Positions 39,101 to 51,794 of a stretch of 64,000 nucleotides of DNA are shown one piece after another. Every line of letters starts with the position of its first letter. Positions within the stretch are counted from its first letter, which is position 1. The notes under the pieces were generated by a model. It saw only the letters and a list, made by a program, of their open reading frames with translations, did not search any database and was not told the DNA's origin. The stretch lies in contig NIVC01000100.1 of NCBI GenBank assembly GCA_002269645.1, positions 124,001-188,000 of the forward strand. The letters are read 5' to 3'. The translations under genes were made by a program, and so were the position numbers. The DNA is from Macrostomum lignano. Lineage: Eukaryota.

Positions 39101-42100
39101 ATCTACACGTGAATCAATCTACACTATGAATCAATCTCGAGACTGTGAATCAATCTAGACTGTGAATCAATCTATACAGTGAATCAATCTAAACTGTGAA
39201 TCAATCTAGACGTGAATCAATCTAGACTGAATCAATCTAAACTGTGAATCAATCTAGACTGTGAATCAATCTAAACTGTGAATCAATCTCGAGACTGTGA
39301 ATCAATCTAGACTATGAATCAATCTACACTGTGAATCAATCTACACTGTGAATCAATCTACACAGTGAATCAATCTAGACTGTGAATCAATCTAAACTGT
39401 GAATCAATCTCGAGACTGTGAATCAATCTAGACTATGAATCAATCTACACTGTGAATCAATCTACACTGTGAATCAATCTACACTGTGAATCAATCTACA
39501 CTGTGAATCAATCTATACAGTGAATCAATCTACACTGTGAATCAATCTACACTATGAATCAATCTACACTGTGAATCAATCTACACTGTGAATCAATCTA
39601 GACTGTGAATCAATCTACACTGTGAATCAATCTACACTGTGAATCAATCTACACTATGAATCAATCTCGAGACTGTGAATCAATCTAGACTGTGAATCAA
39701 TCTAAACTGTGAATCAATCTCGAGACTGTGAATCAATCTAGACTATGAATCAATCTACACTGTGAATCAATCTACACTGTGAATCAATCTACACTGTGAA
39801 TCAATCTACACTGTGAATCAATCTATACAGTGAATCAATCTACACTGTGAATCAATCTACACTATGAATCAATCTACACTGTGAATCAATCTACACTGTG
39901 AATCAATCTAGACTGTGAATCAATCTACACTGTGAATCAATCTACACTGTGAATCAATCTACACTATGAATCAATCTCGAGACTGTGAATCAATCTAGAC
40001 TGTGAATCAATCTAAACTGTGAATCAATCTCGAGACTGTGAATCAATCTAGACTATGAATCAATCTACACTGTGAATCAATCTACACTGTGAATCAATCT
40101 ACACAGTGAATCAATCTAGACTGTGAATCAATCTACACTGTGAATCAATCTAAACTGTGAATCAATCTCGAGACTGTGAATCAATCTAGACTATGAATCA
40201 ATCTACACTGTGAATCAATCTACACTGTGAATCAATCTACACTGTGAATCAATCTACACTGTGAATCAATCTATACAGTGAATCAATCTACACTGTGAAT
40301 CAATCTACACTATGAATCAATCTACACTGTGAATCAATCTAGACTGTGAATCAATCTACACTGTGAATCAATCTAGACTGTGAATCAATCTATACAGTGA
40401 ATCAATCTCGAGACTGTGAATCAATCTAGACTGTGAATCAATCTACACTGTGAATCAATCTACACTATGAATCAATCTCGAGACTGTGAATCAATCTAGA
40501 CTGTGAATCAATCTATACAGTGAATCAATCTAAACTGTGAATCAATCTAGACGTGAATCAATCTAGACTGAATCAATCTAACTGTGAATCAATCTAGACT
40601 GTGAATCAATCTAAACTGTGAATCAATCTCGAGACTGTGAATCAATCTAGACTATGAATCAATCTACACTGTGAATCAATCTACACTGTGAATCAATCTA
40701 GACTGTGAATCAATCTACACTGTGAATCAATCTAGACTGTGAATCAATCTACACTGTGAATCAATCTCGAGACTGTGAATCAATCTAGACTGTGAATCAA
40801 TCTACACGTGAATCAATCTACACTATGAATCAATCTCGAGACTGTGAATCAATCTAGACTGTGAATCAATCTATACAGTGAATCAATCTAAACTGTGAAT
40901 CAATCTAGACGTGAATCAATCTAGACTGAATCAATCTAAACTGTGAATCAATCTAGACTGTGAATCAATCTAAACTGTGAATCAATCTCGAGACTGTGAA
41001 TCAATCTAGACTATGAATCAATCTACACTGTGAATCAATCTACACTGTGAATCAATCTACACAGTGAATCAATCTAGACTGTGAATCAATCTAAACTGTG
41101 AATCAATCTCGAGACTGTGAATCAATCTAGACTATGAATCAATCTACACTGTGAATCAATCTACACTGTGAATCAATCTACACTGTGAATCAATCTACAC
41201 TGTGAATCAATCTATACAGTGAATCAATCTACACTGTGAATCAATCTACACTATGAATCAATCTACACTGTGAATCAATCTACACTGTGAATCAATCTAG
41301 ACTGTGAATCAATCTACACTGTGAATCAATCTACACTGTGAATCAATCTACACTATGAATCAATCTCGAGACTGTGAATCAATCTAGACTGTGAATCAAT
41401 CTAAACTGTGAATCAATCTCGAGACTGTGAATCAATCTAGACTATGAATCAATCTACACTGTGAATCAATCTACACTGTGAATCAATCTACACTGTGAAT
41501 CAATCTACACTGTGAATCAATCTATACAGTGAATCAATCTACACTGTGAATCAATCTACACTATGAATCAATCTACACTGTGAATCAATCTACACTGTGA
41601 ATCAATCTAGACTGTGAATCAATCTACACTGTGAATCAATCTACACTGTGAATCAATCTACACTATGAATCAATCTCGAGACTGTGAATCAATCTAGACT
41701 GTGAATCAATCTAAACTGTGAATCAATCTCGAGACTGTGAATCAATCTAGACTATGAATCAATCTACACTGTGAATCAATCTACACTGTGAATCAATCTA
41801 CACAGTGAATCAATCTAGACTGTGAATCAATCTACACTGTGAATCAATCTAAACTGTGAATCAATCTCGAGACTGTGAATCAATCTAGACTATGAATCAA
41901 TCTACACTGTGAATCAATCTACACTGTGAATCAATCTACACTGTGAATCAATCTACACTGTGAATCAATCTATACAGTGAATCAATCTACACTGTGAATC
42001 AATCTACACTATGAATCAATCTACACTGTGAATCAATCTAGACTGTGAATCAATCTACACTGTGAATCAATCTAGACTGTGAATCAATCTATACAGTGAA

Positions 42101-45100
42101 TCAATCTCGAGACTGTGAATCAATCTAGACTGTGAATCAATCTACACTGTGAATCAATCTACACTATGAATCAATCTCGAGACTGTGAATCAATCTAGAC
42201 TGTGAATCAATCTATACAGTGAATCAATCTAAACTGTGAATCAATCTAGACGTGAATCAATCTAGACTGAATCAATCTAAACTGTGAATCAATCTAGACT
42301 GTGAATCAATCTAAACTGTGAATCAATCTCGAGACTGTGAATCAATCTAGACTATGAATCAATCTACACTGTGAATCAATCTACACTGTGAATCAATCTA
42401 CACAGTGAATCAATCTAGACTGTGAATCAATCTACACTGTGAATCAATCTAAACTGTGAATCAATCTCGAGACTGTGAATCAATCTAGACTATGAATCAA
42501 TCTACACTGTGAATCAATCTACACTGTGAATCAATCTACACTGTGAATCAATCTACACTGTGAATCAATCTATACAGTGAATCAATCTACACTGTGAATC
42601 AATCTACACTATGAATCAATCTACACTGTGAATCAATCTAGACTGTGAATCAATCTACACTGTGAATCAATCTAGACTGTGAATCAATCTATACAGTGAA
42701 TCAATCTCGAGACTGTGAATCAATCTAGACTGTGAATCAATCTACACTGTGAATCAATCTACACTATGAATCAATCTCGAGACTGTGAATCAATCTAGAC
42801 TGTGAATCAATCTATACAGTGAATCAATCTAAACTGTGAATCAATCTAGACGTGAATCAATCTAGACTGAATCAATCTAAACTGTGAATCAATCTAGACT
42901 GTGAATCAATCTAAACTGTGAATCAATCTCGAGACTGTGAATCAATCTAGACTATGAATCAATCTACACTGTGAATCAATCTACACTGTGAATCAATCTA
43001 CACAGTGAATCAATCTAGGCTGTGAATCAATCTACACTGTGAATCAATCTACACTGTGAATCAATCTAGACTATGAATCAATCTACACTGTGAATCAATC
43101 TACACTGTGAATCAATCTACACTGTGAATCAATCTACACTGTGAATCAATCTATACAGTGAATCAATCTACACTGTGAATCAATCTACACTATGAATCAA
43201 TCTACACTGTGAATCAATCTACACTGTGAATCAATCTAGACTGTGAATCAATCTACACTGTGAATCAATCTAGACTGTGAATCAATCTACACTGTGAATC
43301 AATCTCGAGACTGTGAATCAATCTAGACTGTGAATCAATCTACACTGTGAATCAATCTACACTATGAATCAATCTCGAGACTGTGAATCAATCTAGACTG
43401 TGAATCAATCTATACAGTGAATCAATCTAAACTGTGAATCAATCTAGACGTGAATCAATCTAGACTGAATCAATCTAAACTGTGAATCAATCTAGACTGT
43501 GAATCAATCTAAACTGTGAATCAATCTCGAGACTGTGAATCAATCTAGACTATGAATCAATCTACACTGTGAATCAATCTACACTGTGAATCAATCTACA
43601 CAGTGAATCAATCTAGACTGTGAATCAATCTAAACTGTGAATCAATCTCGAGACTGTGAATCAATCTAGACTATGAATCAATCTACACTGTGAATCAATC
43701 TACACTGTGAATCAATCTACACTGTGAATCAATCTACACTGTGAATCAATCTATACAGTGAATCAATCTACACTGTGAATCAATCTACACTATGAATCAA
43801 TCTACACTGTGAATCAATCTACACTGTGAATCAATCTAGACTGTGAATCAATCTACACTGTGAATCAATCTACACTGTGAATCAATCTACACTATGAATC
43901 AATCTCGAGACTGTGAATCAATCTAGACTGTGAATCAATCTAAACTGTGAATCAATCTCGAGACTGTGAATCAATCTAGACTATGAATCAATCTACACTG
44001 TGAATCAATCTACACTGTGAATCAATCTACACAGTGAATCAATCTAGACTGTGAATCAATCTACACTGTGAATCAATCTAAACTGTGAATCAATCTCGAG
44101 ACTGTGAATCAATCTAGACTATGAATCAATCTACACTGTGAATCAATCTACACTGTGAATCAATCTACACTGTGAATCAATCTACACTGTGAATCAATCT
44201 ATACAGTGAATCAATCTACACTGTGAATCAATCTACACTATGAATCAATCTACACTGTGAATCAATCTAGACTGTGAATCAATCTACACTGTGAATCAAT
44301 CTAGACTGTGAATCAATCTATACAGTGAATCAATCTCGAGACTGTGAATCAATCTAGACTGTGAATCAATCTACACTGTGAATCAATCTACACTATGAAT
44401 CAATCTCGAGACTGTGAATCAATCTAGACTGTGAATCAATCTATACAGTGAATCAATCTAAACTGTGAATCAATCTAGACGTGAATCAATCTAGACTGAA
44501 TCAATCTAAACTGTGAATCAATCTAGACTGTGAATCAATCTAAACTGTGAATCAATCTCGAGACTGTGAATCAATCTAGACTATGAATCAATCTACACTG
44601 TGAATCAATCTACACTGTGAATCAATCTACACAGTGAATCAATCTAGACTGTGAATCAATCTACACTGTGAATCAATCTCGAGACTGTGAATCAATCTCG
44701 AGACTGTGAATCAATCTAGACTATGAATCAATCTACACTGTGAATCAATCTACACTGTGAATCAATCTACACTGTGAATCAATCTACACTGTGAATCAAT
44801 CTATACAGTGAATCAATCTACACTGTGAATCAATCTACACTATGAATCAATCTACACTGTGAATCAATCTACACTGTGAATCAATCTAGACTGTGAATCA
44901 ATCTACACTGTGAATCAATCTAGACTGTGAATCAATCTACACTGTGAATCAATCTCGAGACTGTGAATCAATCTAGACTGTGAATCAATCTACACCGTGA
45001 ATCAATCTACACTATGAATCAATCTCGAGACTGTGAATCAATCTAGACTGTGAATCAATCTATACAGTGAATCAATCTAAACTGTGAATCAATCTAGACG

Positions 45101-46285
45101 TGAATCAATCTAGACTGAATCAATCTAAACTGTGAATCAATCTAGACTGTGAATCAATCTAAACTGTGAATCAATCTCGAGACTGTGAATCAATCTAGAC
45201 TATGAATCAATCTACACTGTGAATCAATCTACACTGTGAATCAATCTACACAGTGAATCAATCTAGACTGTGAATCAATCTAAACTGTGAATCAATCTCG
45301 AGACTGTGAATCAATCTAGACTATGAATCAATCTACACTGTGAATCAATCTACACTGTGAATCAATCTACACTGTGAATCAATCTACACTGTGAATCAAT
45401 CTATACAGTGAATCAATCTACACTGTGAATCAATCTACACTATGAATCAATCTACACTGTGAATCAATCTACACTGTGAATCAATCTAGACTGTGAATCA
45501 ATCTACACTGTGAATCAATCTACACTGTGAATCAATCTACACTATGAATCAATCTCGAGACTGTGAATCAATCTAGACTGTGAATCAATCTAGACTGTGA
45601 ATCAATCTAGACTGTGAATCAATCTATACAGTGAATCAATCTCGAGACTGTGAATCAATCTAGACTGTGAATCAATCTACACTGTGAATCAATCTACACT
45701 ATGAATCAATCTCGAGACTGTGAATCAATCTAGACTGTGAATCAATCTATACAGTGAATCAATCTACACTATGAATCAATCTACACTGTGAATCAATCTA
45801 CACTATGAATCAATCTACACTGTGAATCAATCTACACTGTGAATCAATCTACACTGTGAATCAATCTACACTATGAATCAATCTAGACTATGAATCAATC
45901 TACACTGTGAATCAATCTCGAGACTGTGAATCAATCTACACTGTGAATCAATCTAGACTGTGAATCAATCTACACTGTGAATCAATCTACACTATGAATC
46001 AATCTACACTGTGAATCAATCTACACTGTGAATCAATCTACACTATGAATCAATTTACACTGTGAATCAATCTACACTGTGAATCAATCTACACTGTGAA
46101 TCAATCTAGACTATGAATCAATCTAGACTGTGAATCAATCTATACTGTGAATCAATCTACACTGTGAATCAATCTAGACTGTGAATCAATCTACACTGTG
46201 AATCAATCTACACTGTGAATCAATCTACACTGTGAATCAATCTACACTGTGAATCAATCTAGACCGTGAAGTGTGAATCAATCGC
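33155..46285. repeat. ~13 kb satellite array, 17-bp monomer (ACTGTGAATCAATCTAC) with 15/16/19-bp variants and higher-order repeats
   Basis: Uninterrupted tandem array. Variant monomers (CTAGA, CTAAA, CTCGAGA, CTATACAG, CTAGACG) recur in a fixed order. Confidence 0.98.
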
Positions 46286-47194
46286 CAAGTCTGTTTGTAA
46301 AATCAGTCCTTAAGTCTTTCTTGACACAGATAATTAGCAGCATGTTAGCTTACATGTAATTTAAGGTGAAAGCAAGAGAACTTCATACAATAGGTTACTA
46401 ATTAGCTAAACCTGAAGCTACGGTGCTTATGATTAGCAGATAAAAGGGAGGCACAAAAGAATGCAAGCGCGTGATTAACCATCGCATCGACTAATTAATG
46501 ATGGCATAAGCGTAGGGCAAAAGCGAATGCTCCGGATTAACATAGTCTACTATTACTTCACGTTACCTACGCAAATACTTTGATGATTTTTTCAAGTCTT
46601 AGCGCATCAAGGTATTAATGCAGAAATACAGATAAATTAGTCATGATCAGACACTCAAGGGGATTACTGAGACTGGCGGATTAAAGATTGAGACAAAATC
46701 GTATGTAAGCGTTAATTTGTGAGCTATGCTCAAATATTTAAGATTACATAGAAGATTAACAGATAACACTTACTGGCACAATGTCAGTTCAAATAGAATA
46801 ATTAATGTATAGCATTTTTCATCTTGTTTAAGAATCGGAGAATTTAATTTAAGACACGGCCAACCATACTCAACCCATCGATCTTATATATACATAAATG
46901 CTATAGTGTGGGAATCGGAAAAATATTAAACCTATATCCTCAATCACGGGAGATAGAGGGGCCGGTGCTGAAAAGATGCCTACAATTAATTAAATTCGAA
47001 CCGACTAGCAGTAAAACTCAGCTGACTGATACGGATGCCAACTTCTGAGGCCTTCACACAAAATAGAATTTTTAAAAGCCGAAGAAAGACCGATAAGAAA
47101 TGAAATTTATTCCTTCTAGACAGATATTACAGGTAAAAAGAAATAAGGTTTCCATGAAGGGAAGCTTAGGGGAAACTGAGCCAGAAACAGGAAA

Positions 47195-48550
47195 AAAAAC
47201 CTCCTGGGGAATCCCAGTGGAATCTCGATGGTATCTAATGGGAATCCCGGTGGCATCTAAGGGGAATCCCTGTAGTTTCCAAGGGGAATCATGGTGGCAT
47301 CTAAGGGAATCCCGGTAGTTTCCAAGGGGAATCCCGGTAGTTTCCAAGGGGAATCCCAGTGGCATTTAAGTGGAATCCCGGTAGTTTCCAAGGGGAATCC
47401 CGGTGGTATCTAAAGGGAATCCCGGTAGTTTCTAAGGGGAATAACGGTGGTATCTAAGGGGAATCCCGGGACCAGAGCAGCTCAGCGGTAAGCGCATCCG
47501 ATTTCGAACCACTACCCGGGTTTGATTCAGTGTGCGACCCGCATTCATTTGGGGCTTGTAAACGAAAATTGGCCGGTAGGTAGTCGTGCGATTCGCACCC
47601 AGGAGCACCAAAGTCACAGAGAGTGTACATACCTGACTATTACAAAGTCAGGGCCGCTGTACACCCTGTATGAGCGTGTGTAAGAGTGCGTAACTGCGCA
47701 AAGTTCAATTAATAGGAACTAATAGGAACGCTCAATTTTATTTCTGTAGGTCAAAGAATCGCTGCATAGACGCCTTTTTTTATCTGTAGAAGAGGCCGCA
47801 GTTACCTTTGATGAGGCAGTGTAGGGGTATCTGCTCCTGAGTGGCGCAGCTGCTTGGATGCTTGGTTTGAGAGAATAAGGCGCTGCATAAAAGCTGTTGG
47901 AGAGCATTATGAGAAGCTCTCAAAATTTTATCTTCACAGCTGCTTCTGCTCAAGGGTGGCTAAAAATTTCATTTGAAGGAGATTTCCCGTAATAATACCG
48001 CCAGAAATCCCGACCGAATCTAATGGGAATCCCATTCGTATCTTAGGAAATCCCAGCCGTATCTAAGGGGAATCCCGATCGTATCTAAGGGGAATCTCGA
48101 TCGTATGTGAGGGGATTAAAAAACCGAATCTAAGGGGAATCTCATTCGTATCTGAGGGAATCCCGGCCGTATCTAAGAGGAATCCCATTCGTATCTTAGG
48201 AAATCCCAGCCGTATCTAAGAAGAATCCCGATCGTATCTAAGGGGAATCTCGATCCTATGTGAGGGGATTAAAAAACCGAATCTAAGGGGAATCTCATTC
48301 GTATCTGAGGGAATCCCGGCCGTATCTAAGGGGAATCCCGATCGTATCTTAGGAAATCCTAGCCGTATCTAAGGGGACTCCCGATCGTATCTAAGGGAAA
48401 TCCCGATCGTATCTAGGGGAATCTCGATCGTATCTAAGGGGACTCTTGATCGTATCTGAGGGTATTCCAACCGTATCTAAGGGAAATCCCGGTCGTATCT
48501 GAGGGGATTCCAGCCATATCTAAGGTGAATCCCGATTGTATCCGAGGGGA
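47195..48550. repeat. ~22-bp GGGAATCCC..TATCTAAG minisatellite family (two arrays, 47195-47470 and 48020-48550)
   Basis: Recurrent GGGAATCCC core. The same family makes up the 66-bp trimer array at 50438-51345. Confidence 0.85.
47475..47720 (+). mobile_element. Possible tRNA-derived SINE
   Basis: A box AGCTCAGCGGT, B-box-like GGGTTTGATTC (47518-47528), followed by unique sequence. The 3' boundary is uncertain. Confidence 0.35.
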
Positions 48551-49184
48551 ATTGCAAGTCACATGCGAGAAGAATCATCATACTATGTACAGTGGTACAT
48601 ATTAAAGGACACGCGAATATTTTTCACGATTCAAATTAGGATCTTAGAAGTTTTTTAATAAAATCAATAAGCAAAACAAGACAAGAGGATACAATTTTTA
48701 CAAATTGTGCCAATAAAAAAGCTGCTCGATTCGCTAATCAAACTACTTGGGGAAACGCACACTGAAATATGGAATAATATTAATTTATTTGTAGGCAGTC
48801 ATCATTAAAATGTTTTTAGACAGCTTGCTCGTAACACGGAATATTGAAATATTAAATTCAACTTTAAGCAAAATAAGAAGTACGAGCTAATAAAAAGCCA
48901 AATATAACAAACGTGTTTGCCCAAGTCGAAAAAGAAAAGAAGGCAACGGGATAGCTGTGTAAGGGAACATTGGTAACATTCATTCCACTTGATAATTACG
49001 CGTATTTGATTACAAGTAGGTTGTCACGGTTAAACCGACATCTGTTCAATGAAATTTTTTATTGGACTGAAAATTCAATACAATTTCCCAGTTTCCTTAA
49101 TATCTAGCTTCTAAAACTTAGGTAACAAATTCTAGGAATAAAAACTTTAATAGTACTTGTGCTACTAACTGCAAAAAGAGATTA

Positions 49185-49194
49185 TCTATCTGTA

Positions 49195-49230
<36 letters not shown>

Positions 49231-49345
49231 GATCTATCTATCTATCTATCTATCTATCTGTATATCTATCTATCTATCTATCTATCTGTATATCTATCTA
49301 TCTATCTATCTATCTACCTATCGATCTATTTATCTGTATATCTAC

Positions 49346-49389
<44 letters not shown>

Positions 49390-49397
49390 TTATCTAC

Positions 49398-49457
<60 letters not shown>

Positions 49458-49491
49458 TTATCTATCTATCTACCTATCTATCTATCTATCC

Positions 49492-49576
<85 letters not shown>

Positions 49577-49577
49577 C

Positions 49578-49620
<43 letters not shown>

Positions 49621-49674
49621 CTATCTATCTATATATCTATCCATCTATCTATCTATCTATCTATCTACCTATCG

Positions 49675-49723
<49 letters not shown>

Positions 49724-49765
49724 CCTATCTATCTATCTATCTACCTATCTATCTATCTATCTATT
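49185..49765. repeat. (TATC)n microsatellite
   Basis: Read directly. Confidence 0.97.
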
Positions 49766-49918
49766 TAGAACGATAGAACAGTGTTCAATAAAAGACAGAA
49801 ACAGACTTAAGAAAGACCCAAGAAGCTTTCTAGTGTTATAAACGGACTTTGCAAAAACGAAGAACGCTTTTTAAAATAATAATATAGTTACTGACGAACA
49901 GTTCGAAGCAAGCAAAGT

Positions 49919-50263
49919 CTAATTCATGGCGGCTTCCCCGACGCCGACCTGTTCCAGAGCTTCCTTGAGTACCTCAGCATCCTGATCCAGGTCCCCAGCA
50001 GCCCTGTACTCAGCGACAAGACTGCGCAACTCTTCCAACGCTTTCGACAGTCGATTGCGCGTATCCGGCACCATTTGACGCGACTCTTCTAAGCATTCTT
50101 TCTGCTTTTTAATAACGTACTCGTCAGCTTTGCTAGCCTCCATATCCTGAACTTTTTTAGCTAACTGGTCCGCTTCTTTCTCGTAGCTGGCTTTCTCTTT
50201 GGAAATTCGTTTCACTACGCCTGTTTGCACTTTTAGTTTCTTCACTCTGGGATCGGCGGACAT
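49919..50263 (-). CDS. TBCA: Tubulin-specific chaperone A (tubulin folding cofactor A), single coding exon
   Basis: 114-aa ORF MSADPRVKKLKVQTGVVKRISKEKASYEKEA..YVIKKQKECLEESRQMVPDT..L. It matches the recalled TBCA signature (DPRV..IKTGVVKRL.KEK..YEKE; IKKQ.E.L.ES.MM.PD), and its length is typical. Confidence 0.93.
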   Translation of the reverse strand: MSADPRVKKLKVQTGVVKRISKEKASYEKEADQLAKKVQDMEASKADEYVIKKQKECLEESRQMVPDTRNRLSKALEELRSLVAEYRAAGDLDQDAEVLKEALEQVGVGEAAMN

Positions 50264-50437
50264 TCTTTAATTATTATAATTAATAATATTAATATGACTG
50301 ATAGACGATTAGCACATGCAATTGTGAGATCATTGAGAATAAATAAACTTAATGCGTCTATCTATTTTACTTTTTATCCTTATTATTCTATAACAATCTA
50401 ATTCTCAAACTTTTTACTTTTAACGTATTCATAACCA

Positions 50438-51345
50438 ATGGGAATCCCATTCATACCCGAGGGGAATTCCAGCCGTATTTGTCAGGAATCTAAGATGAAG
50501 CTTATGGAAATTCCAGCCGTATCTTTCAGGAATCCTAGCCGTATCCAAGGGAATCCAATTCGTATCTAAGGGGAATTCCAGCTGTAGCTTACAGGAATTC
50601 TAGCCGTATCCAAGGGGAATCCAATTCGTATCTAATGGGAATTCCAGCTGTAGCTTACAGGAATTCTAGCCGTATCCAAGGGGAATCCAATTCGTATCTA
50701 ATGGGAATTCCAGCTGTAGCTTACAGGAATTCTAGCCGTATCCAAGGGGAATCCAATTCGTAACTAATGGGAATTCCAGCTGTAGCTTACAGGAATTCTA
50801 GCCGTATCCAAGGGGAATCCAATTCGTAACTAATGGGAATTCCAGCTGTAGCTTACAGGAATTCTAGCCGTATCCAAGAGAATCCAATTCGTATCTAATG
50901 GGAATTCCAGCTGTAGCTTACAGGAATTCTAGCCGTATCCAAGGGGAATCCAATTCGTAACAAATGGGAATTCCAGCTGTAGCTTACAGGAATTCTAGCC
51001 GTATCCAAGGGGAATCCAATTCGTAACTAATGGGAATTCCAGCTGTAGCTTACAGGAATTCTAGCCGTATCCAAGGGGAATCCAATTCGTAACTAATGGG
51101 AATTCCAGCTGTAGCTTACAGGAATTCTAGCCGTATCCAAGAGAATCCAATTCGTATCTAATGGGAATTCCAGCTGTAGCTTACAGGAATTCTAGCCGTA
51201 TCCAAGGGGAATCCAATTCGTATCTAAGGGGAATTCCAGCTGTAGCTTACAGGAATTCTAGCCGTATCCAAGGGGAATCCAATTCGTATCTAAGGGGAAT
51301 TCCAGCTGTAGCTTACAGGAATTCTAGCCGTATCCAAGGGAATCG
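50438..51345. repeat. 66-bp minisatellite (3 x ~22-bp subunits) between COG3 and TBCA
   Basis: GGGAATTCCAGCTGTAGCTTACAGGAATTCTAGCCGTATCCAAGGGGAATCCAATTCGTA(T/A)CTAAT tandem units. Confidence 0.93.
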
Positions 51346-51794
51346 TACGATGTTATTCAAAACGTCAAATTAATTCACTTTACTTTTAACATTCATTCTT
51401 AATCAAAATTTTATCTCTATTAATAACAGGCTATCTTTTCTACTATCTAAAAAAACAAATATTAAATCGAGATAGCAGACAGAGAAGTTAAGAAGACAAA
51501 GAGCAGCAAAATTTAAATGATTAAATAAGTTCAGGAAACGCCGTTTATTTTTTACTTTGTTAGTGCAATCATATAAGCACATGCGGTAAATATCGCTAGC
51601 ATGTAACAGAGCTAATTAAACAAGCTAACAAATGGCACACAGGATAAAAAAATCTTAAACTTGAACTGCAGTATTCATATGCTAATAACAACAACCTAAT
51701 GCAATGAATATCTATTATGTAAAGTTATCAGTCACCAAAAACAGCTAGACAAATTGACTTTAGCAGTTTTAATTTACCTACAATAGTACGCAAC

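Noticed and set aside
33155-46285. Regularly repeated units might suggest a CRISPR array
   Set aside because: There are no unique spacers (the monomers are directly adjacent), there are no cas genes, and the context is eukaryotic.
47806-47959. Possible orphan minus-strand exon (AG..GT bounded, open in one frame)
   Set aside because: No recognisable homology and no convincing partner exons. Such a frame can occur by chance.
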